A stretch of 64,000 nt of DNA from a virus. Lineage: Duplodnaviria; Caudoviricetes. The stretch spans positions 1 through 64,000 of IMG/VR virus record IMGVR_UViG_3300028804_000003. The stretch is one strand, 5' to 3'. The notes beneath the pieces are model-generated. The model did not search any database. It had not been told where the DNA came from and was given only the letters and a program-made list of their open reading frames with translations. Both the position numbers and the translations under genes were made by a program. Below, in pieces: positions 43,843 through 54,463 of this stretch. Each line of letters opens with the position of its first letter. Position 1 is the stretch's first letter.

Positions 43843-46800
43843 CGCCTACCTGCCCTTCGATTTGCGCGATCAACCATACTGGCCAACTGCGACTCGATCT
43901 GTGCCTTGTTCTGACGGAACGTCTCGGCGCTCGGCGTGTTCACCGTCATCTGCACCTGAACACGGTTATCCTGCGCACCAGCCGTCTTGTTGCTGGACAT
44001 GGCTTCCTGTGCCTTCGGGTCCGGGCGAGGGGCATTGGCGAGCCCATACGGGTCGCTGGTGCCATACATTGGACCGCCCTGTGCAGGAGTCAAAGTCTGG
44101 AAATCCTGCACCTTGGACGCGACCGCAGCCAGTCCCGGAAGAGCTTCTTGGAATTGCTTGAAGTTCTCGCCAGCATCGCGGTACTGCTTGAGCGCAGCCG
44201 TAGCCGTCTCGGACTTCGCCGCGATGAACTGGACGATACGCTCCTGCTCCTTAATCATGCCAATGATGTCGATGCCGCTGTAAGCGAATGCGTCCACACC
44301 GTAGCGTTCAAGGGATGCCTTCAGCATGGCGAGCTTGGCAGACTCTTCAAGGTTCTGCGAGTCATACGGCTTGTTCGCATCATACTGGCCCGAGTATCCA
44401 CCGGACATAGTCCAGTTGCTCTGATCCTTCATGTTGGCACGATATGCTTCATCACCACCGAGAACCTTCTGAGTCTTGGCCCAGTCGGAATAGGTCTGAG
44501 GATCAATGTACTTCTGGCCAAACGCATCGGAGCCCGCAAAATAGTTCTGCCCCTGCTGAAGCATACCCTCTCCATATGCCAGCCAGTTGTACTTGGGATC
44601 ATTCTCAAACGCACGACCATCTGCACTGTATCCACTACCCTTGAAGGACTGAGACTCCGACAGGGGCACTGCCGCGCGCTGAAGAGCCTTGGCCGTGTTC
44701 TCAGTCTGAACGGCGACCTCATTGACCATGGCCTGATTGGCAGCCGCCGCAACCTTGTTGCTGGCCACGACTGCATTGGCCATGCGATTTATGGCACGAA
44801 CGATAAGAGTCGTGTTGTCGTTGGCAGCGGTCGTGCCATTGCTCTGAAGCGCATGGTTCGGAATGATATTGCCGGTCGTGTTCGGCGTGAAGAGTTCGGG
44901 ACCCTTCTCACCCACGAGGTAGGTGTTGCCTGACAGCACCGGGCCACCGCTCGCACGGGCACCATCCGTCCCGCCCGAGCTACCAGAAGAGCCACCACCC
45001 GATCCTGCCGCTGCCTTGGCTGCTGCAAGCTCACGATAAGCCGCTGCAAGATTACGGATGCCCGGAGCCGCACCGTTGGCGGCATCACCCGCTGCATTGA
45101 AGCCAGAAGCCGCAGCCTCACCGGCAGTCTTGGCAGCCGTCATGAGCGGGTTCAACTGTGCCACCAGATCAGCGAACGCCTTGACCTGCTTGGCAGCCGT
45201 GGTCGAGCTTTCAGCACTGGATGCCAAAGAGGTAGCCATCACCTGCGAAGCCTTGGCCGCGCCGGACGCCTGAAGGTTTACACCCTTCATCGAGCCCGCA
45301 AGCGAATCAGTCGGAGCCTTGGCAGCCGTGGACGCAGTTGCAGTTTCAGTCACCGCAGTACCGGCAGCCTTGGTGTACCCTTCCCAGTCCTTGGTGACAC
45401 GAGCAAGGTTGTTGAACCCGTCGATAGAGGATGGCATGGACGCGATGGTGTTGGTCAGGCGTCCGCCCACCATACGATAGCCTTCATCAACCTTCTTGAC
45501 CTCGGCAGCCAACGCGGCCTGCGAAGCCTTGAGCGCGTCCGTGCCGCCCTTGGCACCAAGCAGAGGACTAAGCAGGTTGGTGGTGGACTGCTTCAAGGTC
45601 TCGGTGGCCTGACCGGCATCAACCGTGGCCTGCTTGCCCTGAAGGAGTCCCTGTGCATAGCTGAAGAGTTCAGCACGTGCATTCGCCACGGCATTGACCG
45701 ACTCGTTGGAAGCGAGGCCGAGCGCGTTCAGCGCGCGCACCACACCCTCAGCCGCGAGCACGAAGGGCACCATGGCGAACGTGATGATGTTGCCGAACGC
45801 GGCCACCAACAGCGCGACCGTGTTGGCCACAACCTTCATCGTGCCATCCATGGTCACCCAAGACGGAAGCGACTGACCGATGGAAGCCACGATCTGGTAT
45901 AGGACATCCACGATCTTTGCCATGGAGCCAAAGAAGCCATCGACTGCCGCCTTCACTTGCGGGAAGTAGTTGTAGAACGCAGTGAGTGCGATGACCGCTG
46001 CCGCGATAGCCGCGATCCAGATGGTGATCGGGTTGACCATCAACAGCGCGTTGAACGAAGCCATGACGCCGTTGCCCTGTGCCATAAGCTGGAACATGGC
46101 TACGAGGTTGCGACCGAACGCGGCAGTAGCACCACCCCACGCGGCAATGGTGCCTGCATAACGGATGGCAATGAATGCCGCGAACAATTCGATCACGATG
46201 TTCAGGTTGTCACCCACGAGCACGAGGCCGCGCGAGAAGGCACCAAAGATGCCAGTGCCGCGATTGATGTCACCAAGCATCGTCACGACCGCATTGTGGA
46301 TCGCAATGAAGCCCTCGGTGATCGTCGGGGACATCTTCTTCGCTTCTTCGGTGAGCTTCGGCACCGCATCAGCCACCGCCTTGATGACGCGCGAAGTCTC
46401 AAGGATGCCGGGGTTTGCCTTGGCGAAAGCGATAAGCTGGCCACCCGAGACTCCGAACTCCTTACCGATAGCAGTGGCAAGAGCGGGCAACTGCTCGGAC
46501 ACGGAACGAAGTTCGTCACCACGCAGCGCGCCGGACGCGAGCGACTGGGAGAACTGGATCATCGCATTGCGCGCTTCCATGCTCGTTGCACCACCGACCT
46601 TCACGGACAGGGCGAGACCCGTCATGACCTTTTCCAGATAACCACTGGACAGGCCGAGGGACTCCGTGGACTTCAGCAAGCGCCCATAGGTGACCGCGTT
46701 CGACTCAAGCTCGGTGCGGGTGCTACGGGAAATCTGTGCGACGAACTGCTGTGCGCGAGCGAACTCCTGCGAAGAGTTGGTAGCCACACGCAGACGGTTG

Positions 46801-46997
46801 TCGATGCGAGTCGCTGCGTCAATGAGGTCCACGAACCCGGCAGCGGCACGAACGGTTGACGCCACGACGAGGGCCTGACGGAAGAATGCGAGAGCGCTGG
46901 CCGACTTCTGCGCAGCCGCACCGACCTGACCAATCGCAGCCGCCGTGGCTTGCGCCCCGGACTGTGTGACTACAATCTGGAAGGTATGTGTGGCCAC
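43839..46997 (-). CDS. tape measure protein
   Basis: Ala-rich; QFSQSLASGALRGDELRSV tape-measure N-terminal motif; RASGGPV..YLVGEKGPELF. Confidence 0.92.
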   Translation of the reverse strand: MATHTFQIVVTQSGAQATAAAIGQVGAAAQKSASALAFFRQALVVASTVRAAAGFVDLIDAATRIDNRLRVATNSSQEFARAQQFVAQISRSTRTELESNAVTYGRLLKSTESLGLSSGYLEKVMTGLALSVKVGGATSMEARNAMIQFSQSLASGALRGDELRSVSEQLPALATAIGKEFGVSGGQLIAFAKANPGILETSRVIKAVADAVPKLTEEAKKMSPTITEGFIAIHNAVVTMLGDINRGTGIFGAFSRGLVLVGDNLNIVIELFAAFIAIRYAGTIAAWGGATAAFGRNLVAMFQLMAQGNGVMASFNALLMVNPITIWIAAIAAAVIALTAFYNYFPQVKAAVDGFFGSMAKIVDVLYQIVASIGQSLPSWVTMDGTMKVVANTVALLVAAFGNIITFAMVPFVLAAEGVVRALNALGLASNESVNAVANARAELFSYAQGLLQGKQATVDAGQATETLKQSTTNLLSPLLGAKGGTDALKASQAALAAEVKKVDEGYRMVGGRLTNTIASMPSSIDGFNNLARVTKDWEGYTKAAGTAVTETATASTAAKAPTDSLAGSMKGVNLQASGAAKASQVMATSLASSAESSTTAAKQVKAFADLVAQLNPLMTAAKTAGEAAASGFNAAGDAANGAAPGIRNLAAAYRELAAAKAAAGSGGGSSGSSGGTDGARASGGPVLSGNTYLVGEKGPELFTPNTTGNIIPNHALQSNGTTAANDNTTLIVRAINRMANAVVASNKVAAAANQAMVNEVAVQTENTAKALQRAAVPLSESQSFKGSGYSADGRAFENDPKYNWLAYGEGMLQQGQNYFAGSDAFGQKYIDPQTYSDWAKTQKVLGGDEAYRANMKDQSNWTMSGGYSGQYDANKPYDSQNLEESAKLAMLKASLERYGVDAFAYSGIDIIGMIKEQERIVQFIAAKSETATAALKQYRDAGENFKQFQEALPGLAAVASKVQDFQTLTPAQGGPMYGTSDPYGLANAPRPDPKAQEAMSSNKTAGAQDNRVQVQMTVNTPSAETFRQNKAQIESQLASMVDRANRRAGRR

Positions 46998-47008
46998 TGG
47001 TTGCTCCT

Positions 47009-47458
47009 TCAGGTCTTAACGATCTGGATAGAACTAGCACGTACACCCATGGCCTGCAATCCCTTGGAAACCATACCGCTCGGTCGATGTTTTGCGTCCC
47101 CGTATTCGAGGACGCCGATATAGGGGACGTTGTTGGTGATGTATACCGCCTTGGCCCCGCGTAGACCGCTCACAGCGGCCTTGGCGCGGCCCTTGGTGGC
47201 CGCTCGGGCTGCCGGGGCACCTGTGCCGCCCTTGGAGCCGGGAACGTGCGGTGGCACCTCTCCTGACGCCGGGGAGCCTATCGTGACCACCCAGTTCGAA
47301 ACGGCCCTCGTGGTATCCACGGGAGTTGAGTCGGCCATCTTGTTCACGCCGTCTTCAACGATCAGCTTGACGGCCTCATCCAGACCCTCTTCCACGTCCT
47401 TGACGAGCTTCGCCACGACAGTCGGCATCTGACTGAAGAGATAGGTGCCCACGATCAT
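47009..47458 (-). CDS. HK97 gp10-like tail completion protein
   Basis: TPVDTTRAVSNW, YITNNVPYIGVLEYG. Confidence 0.8.
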   Translation of the reverse strand: MIVGTYLFSQMPTVVAKLVKDVEEGLDEAVKLIVEDGVNKMADSTPVDTTRAVSNWVVTIGSPASGEVPPHVPGSKGGTGAPAARAATKGRAKAAVSGLRGAKAVYITNNVPYIGVLEYGDAKHRPSGMVSKGLQAMGVRASSIQIVKT

Positions 47459-47813
47459 TTCCCCCTTGCGTTATGCGGTGCCTTCGGTGACGGCTGGATT
47501 TTGGTCTCAGCCTTCTTCTCGATATACACCTTGTCCATGGCTCGCATCAACCACGTGAATCGCTGTAGCTCATCAGGGTTGTCAGCGTAGCCATGGGCAT
47601 TCGCATAGTGGTGAATAGCGGTCCATGGGAGCACCCCATCGGTGCGGCAGGTGTTCAGTTCGAAGAAAGCCTCGTACTCACCCTGAAGCCAAGGCAACAG
47701 GTCCGGTGCATCATTGATGCGGGCCGGAACCGGCTGCTTGGCTCTATAGGCTTGAAGGGTTATCTCTTCGTCCTTACCCCCATGGTCGAGGTAGTAGGTA
47801 AGGACCTCGGTCA
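47455..47813 (-). CDS. -1 frameshift extension of the tail assembly chaperone
   Basis: Open -1 frame from the slippery site through LLPWLQGEYEAFFELNTCR. Confidence 0.75.
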
Positions 47814-48254
47814 GTTTCCCGCGTCGTCCTCGGTCGATCCCGGATTGAACGTCGAGAGGTTCTGCGCTTCGCCCATCAGGAAGTCATAGAGGGCCGGAAG
47901 CTGCTTCATCATATCCTCGGCGTTCGCGCGGCTGAACGGAATGATTTCGCCCTTGGAGTTCGGCACGTCCTTCCAGTCGAGCAGGATGGATTCGAAGAAG
48001 CACTTCTTGGCAATCTCGTTGATCGTGTCCAGCTTCTCGGGCGAGATTTCGGCGCTACGGAAGAGCGCACGATGCGGCTTCATGAGAGCGGCCTGCACCT
48101 TGACGTACTTCTTGTTGGCACCACCGGCACGGGCGATCTTGAACGCGGGCGGGTTGGGATTGGACTCGGTCGGCTCACCTGCCGGGTATACCCACTTGCC
48201 AGCGGTCTCCATCTCGGCATCGGTCTTGAAAGTGTCGAACAGCACGTTGCTCAT
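47811..48254 (-). CDS. tail assembly chaperone
   Basis: FKIARAGGANKKY, ILLDW; lies between tail tube and tape measure. Confidence 0.85.
   Translation of the reverse strand: MSNVLFDTFKTDAEMETAGKWVYPAGEPTESNPNPPAFKIARAGGANKKYVKVQAALMKPHRALFRSAEISPEKLDTINEIAKKCFFESILLDWKDVPNSKGEIIPFSRANAEDMMKQLPALYDFLMGEAQNLSTFNPGSTEDDAGN
47814..47820 (-). other. programmed -1 frameshift heptamer G GGA AAC
   Basis: X XXY YYZ in the chaperone frame immediately before TGA. Confidence 0.85.
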
Positions 48255-48335
48255 TGTCATCTCCATTATTGTTGAGGCCGAGGTTTACACCCCGGCCCCA
48301 TCTGTATACTCAAAGGTTAACTCGAATGCAAGCCC

Positions 48336-49871
48336 TTACGAAGAGGCGGCAGTCGGCAGGTAGTCGTAGAACACCATGAGCAAGGTGTGATCGAAGACCT
48401 CGTCGGCAGCCGCAGGCATCTCAAGGTTCAGCATGATCGGCTTGTCCTGCTCGACCTTCAGGCGTCCATCGCCAAGGGCAATGAGCGGAATGTCGATGGC
48501 GATACCCGCGTTGTCCTTGATGACGATGCCGTGGATCGTGACATCGCTGTTGTTGCGAACCGCCGAGACCGCAGTGACATTCGAGAAGTATGCCATGGCG
48601 CTGCCATCCACGATGAACTGGCCAGCGGTCATGTCAAACGACCCGAGGTAGGACACTGCCTTGTTCGCGGACACGTTGTTGTTCACACCGATGGTGAACT
48701 CCGACAGGAAGGCGAACAGTGCCGAGGGGTTGGCACCGGCAGAGCGGTCGAGGATGGACATCTTCAACACCGCGAAGTCATTGCTGGTGTTATAGGCGTC
48801 CTCGGCCACGATGCTCGGGCGCGTACCGGCCTTCACACCCGTGACACCCGTGCGCTGCTCGTGGTCCGTGCCCATGAAGGTCATCTTCACGGTCGCCTTG
48901 TCGGCGGTCGAGAAGGCGAACTCGGCCTCGTTGGGCACCGCGCCGACCACGTACTCGCTCTGGATTTGCGAGAGGTTCGAGTCGTCCGATGCACCAAGGG
49001 TGCGCTCAAGCTGGAACGTGCGGCGAACCTGAAGGCTGCCGGACGATTCGTTCTTGAGGACGCGACCGAACCACAGGCGGATGGTCTTCGTGGTGTTGGC
49101 TTCGGTGACCATGGTCGTGTTGGTCTTGTCGAAGGTCAGGCGGTTCGCGGCCACGGTGTAGATACGAGCCCACGTGTTGTTCGCGGCAGTCGTGAACTGC
49201 ATGGGCGAAGTGTCACCACCCATGTAAATCCACTCACCCGGAATAAGGCCGAGGGTCGTGAAGTCCAGCGAGGTCGAGGTCAGCGCCGGGAGGGTGCCCG
49301 AAGCGTCCACGTCGATGTCGCCAGCCGCCGACTGGTATCCCACGACAGTGATCTTCGAACCCGAGGGCGGGGAGGCCTCAGCCGTCAACTGGCCGGTGGC
49401 GACTTCGACGGAAACGTTCGAGGTGATCGCAGTGACCACGTTCACGGCATTGTTGCCGGTGTTCGTGAAGCCATGGCCCTTGATGATGGAGCCCACGAGG
49501 AAGCCGGAAGTGGAGGCCACTTCGTATTCGTCCGGGTTGCCGCCATCGATGTCAACCGCCGTCACGACCTCTTCGCCCTTGCGGCGGAAGTCCGCGAAGA
49601 AGAAGCCCTGAAGCAAATCCTGAAGGCTGTTCTGAAGCAGGTCCGAGGTGAAGCCGCCGTTGGAGTCGAGGTCAACAATGACGCCCTTCTTGCGCTGGCG
49701 ACCCTGATTGATGGGGTTGCGCGCCACGAGCTTGTACTGACCACCGAAGTCGTCATACTCGTTGGGCTCCAGCGGATACCAAACAGCCGAGCCATCTGCC
49801 ACGCCGATGCTGGTCTCCAGCGAATAGCGAAGGCCAGTGCCGTTCGAGTCAATCTTGTTTACAGCGGCCAT
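48336..49871 (-). CDS. major tail (tube) protein
   Basis: Size and position upstream of the chaperone; RKKGVIVDLD and TFQLER motifs. Confidence 0.8.
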   Translation of the reverse strand: MAAVNKIDSNGTGLRYSLETSIGVADGSAVWYPLEPNEYDDFGGQYKLVARNPINQGRQRKKGVIVDLDSNGGFTSDLLQNSLQDLLQGFFFADFRRKGEEVVTAVDIDGGNPDEYEVASTSGFLVGSIIKGHGFTNTGNNAVNVVTAITSNVSVEVATGQLTAEASPPSGSKITVVGYQSAAGDIDVDASGTLPALTSTSLDFTTLGLIPGEWIYMGGDTSPMQFTTAANNTWARIYTVAANRLTFDKTNTTMVTEANTTKTIRLWFGRVLKNESSGSLQVRRTFQLERTLGASDDSNLSQIQSEYVVGAVPNEAEFAFSTADKATVKMTFMGTDHEQRTGVTGVKAGTRPSIVAEDAYNTSNDFAVLKMSILDRSAGANPSALFAFLSEFTIGVNNNVSANKAVSYLGSFDMTAGQFIVDGSAMAYFSNVTAVSAVRNNSDVTIHGIVIKDNAGIAIDIPLIALGDGRLKVEQDKPIMLNLEMPAAADEVFDHTLLMVFYDYLPTAASS

Positions 49872-49886
49872 TTGTGTCTCCTTTGG

Positions 49887-50318
49887 TTAGGCGATTTCAT
49901 CGTAGTCGAAGTCTGCGAACACGTTGGTCTGGAGGTACGGACCCGAATGGCCCACATCAATGACCCGCGCATTGCGGAAAGTGATTGCGTCAGAACCGGT
50001 ATTTACACCGCGAAAAGCACCCTTGACAACCCCCGAAATTAAATCGGCGTTTACCTGCCCCTGACCATACCGGGTGAATATCTGGACCATGACCAATCCG
50101 TAGACCCTGAAGCGCCGGTTTCCGGTCTCCCCGAGGGTGACCTGCATTTCATTGGTGAGGTCCACGAATACCCGGATGAACTCGTCTTCACCGTCCGGCG
50201 TATCCTTGACCACGTCCGGGTAGTAGATGGGCAGTGTAGAGTACGCAGAAGCGGCTATGGCTGCTTTGAGGCAGCCGTAGATGGCGTCACGCGCGGCAGT
50301 GGTACTGGCAATTGGCAC
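49887..50318 (-). CDS. tail terminator-like protein (DUF4128-like)
   Basis: GLVMVQIFTRYGQG; position. Confidence 0.7.
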   Translation of the reverse strand: MPIASTTAARDAIYGCLKAAIAASAYSTLPIYYPDVVKDTPDGEDEFIRVFVDLTNEMQVTLGETGNRRFRVYGLVMVQIFTRYGQGQVNADLISGVVKGAFRGVNTGSDAITFRNARVIDVGHSGPYLQTNVFADFDYDEIA

Positions 50319-50323
50319 TTGCG

Positions 50324-50731
50324 TTACCTCTTCACAATAAACTCGTAGGCAATCCGTACACTACCCGGACCTATCGGACAAGCCTTCACGACCTTGTAGA
50401 GCTTGCCGTTGTCCGTGATGTGGTCGATGTCTTCAAGGCCGTCCGGCACCGCGAGTGAGTCATGTGCAATCATCATCTTCTCTTCGCCGCGCCGGAGAAG
50501 CCCGCCCTTCTCATCCTCTTCGTCAATCGGATAGAACACGGCCAGCACCGTGCCCACAATGGCCGGGTCCGGCGTCTGAGGGTCAGCGTCCGGGTCCGAA
50601 GAAGGGTTGGGTCCGCGCCAAGGCTTGTTGCTGTCCAGCGCCGTGCGGACCTTTCGATAGAGCACGACTGTCCGACCGTTCTCTTCAATGAGACGCTTGG
50701 CAGTCGCAGCCGCTCGCACATAGTTGACCAT
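50324..50731 (-). CDS. head closure / head-tail joining protein
   Basis: AKRLIEENGRTV; position; coupled start. Confidence 0.65.
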   Translation of the reverse strand: MVNYVRAAATAKRLIEENGRTVVLYRKVRTALDSNKPWRGPNPSSDPDADPQTPDPAIVGTVLAVFYPIDEEDEKGGLLRRGEEKMMIAHDSLAVPDGLEDIDHITDNGKLYKVVKACPIGPGSVRIAYEFIVKR

Positions 50732-51366
50732 TATCCCCTCGACAACCTCATTGCCATGCCAGTCTTCACGATGGGCTTGAGCCATTCATCGGCCACCGGG
50801 TACTCCGGCAGATTGACAAGGGAGACCATGTCCGACCGGCCACCGGGTGCGCGGCCTTCCAGCACGAGCCTCCACTGTTCCTGATTGTACCAAGTCTCTT
50901 CCTCGATGGGACCGACCTTCTGACTCTCACGCTGGACAAGCCCGCCCTTGGCTACGGTTGTCTCTCCAGTGTCAGGGTCCACGGTGTTGAAGCTGTTCGC
51001 CGGAAGCGGCAGGAGGTCCCCGAGCTTGAGCGCGATGAGGGAGTATTCCACGACCGCGCGCTTCAGTTCCTTCGGGATGGTGGTCGTCTGTATGTAGTCG
51101 CCCTGATTCGTCCAAGCATCCGAGCGCGGCCACATCAGGCTCTGGTCACTGTCACGAAGCTCTCCGACAAACTTGGTGCCAAAGCGCTTGTCAACATAGT
51201 CCGTGGCCTTCACGATAGCGGCTTCAATGAGGGCAGTGGTGTATGACCCGGCATCAGTGGCGGCAGCGGCAATACCACGAGCCGCATGCCATTCGCGGAA
51301 AAACTGCACCGTGATATAGGCGTTCGCATCCGTTACCAATGTGCCGTCTTCAACTACGATAGCCAT
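50731..51366 (-). CDS. head-tail adaptor (DnaT-like domain)
   Basis: MAIVVEDGT..DANAY, QSLMWPRS, IPKELKRA. Confidence 0.8.
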   Translation of the reverse strand: MAIVVEDGTLVTDANAYITVQFFREWHAARGIAAAATDAGSYTTALIEAAIVKATDYVDKRFGTKFVGELRDSDQSLMWPRSDAWTNQGDYIQTTTIPKELKRAVVEYSLIALKLGDLLPLPANSFNTVDPDTGETTVAKGGLVQRESQKVGPIEEETWYNQEQWRLVLEGRAPGGRSDMVSLVNLPEYPVADEWLKPIVKTGMAMRLSRG

Positions 51367-51425
51367 CTTTCTCTCCTTCGATCATGTGTGGACCTTATCC
51401 CAGTGGCGACCCGATGTCTACCCAG

Positions 51426-52130
51426 TTAGAAATTCGACGGGGTGGTATAGAACAACATGGCTTCATCTGACAAAGCGCCTTCATACGCAACCATGTATGA
51501 GAATATGAAGTCCCCGTTGAACCCCACTGTGTTTATCGCCCCGAGCCCTTGGGTCCTATCCTTTATGCGGACTAGGTTCCCACCATCAACGGCGAAGCTC
51601 ATGATGTAAGGCCCTTCGACTCGGATAGCCGCGTAGTGAGTCCCCGTGGTGATGTCTGGAACCGGGTCTGCCGCCGCAGTGCTATTCCATGTGTCGATGT
51701 GTGACTCATCCCCCGCTAGAACTACACCCCAGTAAGTGTCCAATGCGAAAGCAGTAGGGTATCTTTCAAACACAAAGGAGTTGCCGGTCAATTCAAAGGC
51801 AACGATAAGAGTGTAGGCCGGAAGACTCTCAAGCCTTGTCACGATGGCCGGATCAAATCCGGGGTATTGCGGTGTGAGTGAGTCAATCAAAAGCCCGTTC
51901 TCATCGAGCACGGGAGTGAAATCACCGTAGTCGGTGTTGCCGGGAAAAATATCTGTCAACGCCACGGGGTCCGCTCCGATGTAATACTCGTTTGCCACGA
52001 AGCTCATTTCGAAATAGAGTCTCGGAAGCTCCGGGCCATAACCACCCTTTACCCGACCACCACTACCTCCAACACCCGCCAAGGCCTTTGACTGTGCCGT
52101 CCACTTGTCTACCGTCTGCTGCAATCCCAT
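51426..52130 (-). CDS. hypothetical beta-rich protein, possible capsid appendage or moron
   Basis: GGGAG RBS; Gly-rich N-terminus; lower GC than neighbours. Confidence 0.6.
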   Translation of the reverse strand: MGLQQTVDKWTAQSKALAGVGGSGGRVKGGYGPELPRLYFEMSFVANEYYIGADPVALTDIFPGNTDYGDFTPVLDENGLLIDSLTPQYPGFDPAIVTRLESLPAYTLIVAFELTGNSFVFERYPTAFALDTYWGVVLAGDESHIDTWNSTAAADPVPDITTGTHYAAIRVEGPYIMSFAVDGGNLVRIKDRTQGLGAINTVGFNGDFIFSYMVAYEGALSDEAMLFYTTPSNF

Positions 52131-52199
52131 GATGTTCTCCCAAATGAAAAGGGCCGCTGTTACGCGACCCTTAGCACATTCGATATGGCTAGAACAGCC

Positions 52200-52796
52200 T
52201 TAGACGTTGGCCAGTGCCATCTCACGATTCCAACCCGGCAAAGCCGCCGAGATGTCCTTGCGGGTGACATTGACGATGCCAGAGGCCGTGGCGATGATGC
52301 CGACGAGCGGCAGGCCTGCGTCAGTCCAGTGATCGTCATTGGTCGGGTCGAGCGACTTGAGCGCGTCGATGATCTTCAGCACATTCGGGTCGGATGCGGC
52401 CTGTGCCTTTGCATCGGCTTCACGTCCTGCCTGTACTCCGTCCCCTTCGGCACCACTCCCGGAGCCATCGGTCGAAGTTCCAGTTGCTCCATCCCCGCTG
52501 CCGGTGCCGGGGCTGGACTCGTTGGCTTGTGCTCCACCCTCGCTCGCCCCTCCCTGTCCATCCAGAATCGCGTCTGTCCCATCGGAACCTCCCTTGGTTG
52601 CTGCATCGCGGGCCTGCGCTTCAGCAAGCTCTTCCGAGCCCTGAAGGAAAGCGCCGTAGGTCTTCATGTAGGCGATCAGACCATCCAGCTTGGCCAGTTC
52701 ACCCTTGAGCACGAGTTCGCCCTTGACGAAGTCGTAGCCGTTGATGGTTTTCGTCTTCCCGGCGTAGAAGCCGGTGAGGATCAGTTTCATTGTCAT
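52200..52796 (-). CDS. hypothetical head-region protein with low-complexity linker
   Basis: AAGGAG RBS; C-terminal LDPTNDDHWT..GLP domain. Confidence 0.75.
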   Translation of the reverse strand: MTMKLILTGFYAGKTKTINGYDFVKGELVLKGELAKLDGLIAYMKTYGAFLQGSEELAEAQARDAATKGGSDGTDAILDGQGGASEGGAQANESSPGTGSGDGATGTSTDGSGSGAEGDGVQAGREADAKAQAASDPNVLKIIDALKSLDPTNDDHWTDAGLPLVGIIATASGIVNVTRKDISAALPGWNREMALANV

Positions 52797-52837
52797 GTCT
52801 CCTTGTTGACGTTGTTCAGGCACCTATAGCACGAATC

Positions 52838-52860
52838 AAAAAGGGAGCACAAGTGCTCCC
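52838..52860 (-). terminator. rho-independent terminator
   Basis: GGGAGCAC-AA-GTGCTCCC followed by a T-run on the minus strand. Confidence 0.75.
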
Positions 52861-52884
52861 TCCATGATGGGCCTGTAGGAGATG

Positions 52885-53481
52885 TTATCGCAGGACCTTG
52901 CAGCGCGCGTAGAGCGCCGGAAGTGCCGCCACGAGGGTCGAAGTGCGGGCAATGCCAGAAGCACCAGCCGCCGTGACCGCACCGAAGATGCCGGACACTG
53001 AAGCGCCGGTATCACCGAACGCGATGCCCGTACCGTAGGCCGAGCCCGGTGGGTAGGCGTACACGTTGATGATCCAGTCGCCCATGCCGTCCGTGGTCTC
53101 CACGATGGTCAGGACGTTGGTGGACGTGTTGTAGACCGCGCCGTTGATGACGGTGGCATTGAGCGCGGTCGCCAGCGCCGTGCCGATGTCGTCAATGACC
53201 TGACCGTTCGTGCCCGTCACCGAGACGGAGAGGGACGTGAACGGAGTCACTGGGTCATCGAGAGTGATGGTGAAGGTCCAGCCTTCAAGCTCGGTATTGA
53301 CCACGAGCGCGGTAGCGGTCGCGGCAGACCAAGCAGCGGCGGGAACATCTTGCTGCATTGCAGCGGCAGCAAGCGACTTGGCCTGCGTGGCGTCTTCGGC
53401 CCACACGACGACTGAGTCACAGCCTTCGTAGAGGTTCATGCCGCCCTTGAGGGCAAGCGAAACGAGAAATGCGGAAGCCAT
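52885..53481 (-). CDS. virion structural protein (putative head decoration)
   Basis: Directly downstream of the major capsid gene; Ala/Thr-rich. Confidence 0.65.
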   Translation of the reverse strand: MASAFLVSLALKGGMNLYEGCDSVVVWAEDATQAKSLAAAAMQQDVPAAAWSAATATALVVNTELEGWTFTITLDDPVTPFTSLSVSVTGTNGQVIDDIGTALATALNATVINGAVYNTSTNVLTIVETTDGMGDWIINVYAYPPGSAYGTGIAFGDTGASVSGIFGAVTAAGASGIARTSTLVAALPALYARCKVLR

Positions 53482-53542
53482 GATGGTTCTCCTTCAGAGG
53501 GGTTCAAGAAAGGAAGGGCCGGTGTTACCCGGCCCCGCCGAC

Positions 53543-54463
53543 TTAGTTGGTGATGCCTTCGGCAGCCGCCAGACCCTTCTTGGAGAACATGGCCAGACCA
53601 CAGTACCACTTGACGCGGTAGATGTGCTCGTCCTTGGTCTCGCTCTCACCCACGTCCACGACGCTGAGGCCAGCGGCGTTTGCGGCGGTCAGACCGGCGA
53701 TGCCGTGCGAGCGGCTGCCGTCATCGAGAGTGCCTGCGAAGATCGTGGTCTGCGCAGAGCCCGAGCCCTTGACTTGGTCGATGGGCACCCAGTCATTGCG
53801 GAACATCGGAATGCCGCGATAGCCGGGGACCTGCGCACCAGACGGAAGCTGCACGACCTCGGAGATGTTCGCACCGCCAAGAGCACGAAGCAGGCTCATG
53901 TAGGAGCGGATCGGGCGGGCATGCAGGGTGATGAAGTCAACCTGACCGTCCTTGTCCACGACGAGGTCGATAAGCTCGTCAAGGAAGGCGAAGGACAGGG
54001 CACCGCCGTTGTTGCCGGTGGCGACCTTCTGCGCCGAGTCAACCAGCGAGACGAGGCCGGTGAACTGGTCAGCCGAACCCGTGCCGTTGATGAGCATGTC
54101 CTGATACTTGCGGCCAGCGGACTTCGCCTTGGACGCGATCTGGATTGCCGTCTGGTTGTTGCCGTCACCCGAGCGAGTCGCGGCGATGAGACCGTTGACC
54201 TCGGCATCACCGATGATCGTGGTCAGGCTCGACGTGACCTGCGTGAAGGTGGCAGCGGCCTTGGAGCCGATGGTATCACCCACGCCTTCCACGTCAACGT
54301 CACCGAGGACGTTTTCGCGGTTGTAGGCAAGGGCGTTGCCTTCGATGCCGTCGAACGGCAGCATCTCGTAGAAGCGGTTGACGGTGATGACGTTCTCGAT
54401 CAAGCCAGCGACGAGTTCGTCCTGAGCCAGCTTGGCGCTTTCAGCAAGGGTTACGGAAGCCAT
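53543..54463 (-). CDS. major capsid protein
   Basis: MASVTLAESAKL.QDELVAG..EN, LPFDGIEGNALAYNRE, RVKWYCGLA; follows the scaffold gene. Confidence 0.9.
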   Translation of the reverse strand: MASVTLAESAKLAQDELVAGLIENVITVNRFYEMLPFDGIEGNALAYNRENVLGDVDVEGVGDTIGSKAAATFTQVTSSLTTIIGDAEVNGLIAATRSGDGNNQTAIQIASKAKSAGRKYQDMLINGTGSADQFTGLVSLVDSAQKVATGNNGGALSFAFLDELIDLVVDKDGQVDFITLHARPIRSYMSLLRALGGANISEVVQLPSGAQVPGYRGIPMFRNDWVPIDQVKGSGSAQTTIFAGTLDDGSRSHGIAGLTAANAAGLSVVDVGESETKDEHIYRVKWYCGLAMFSKKGLAAAEGITN

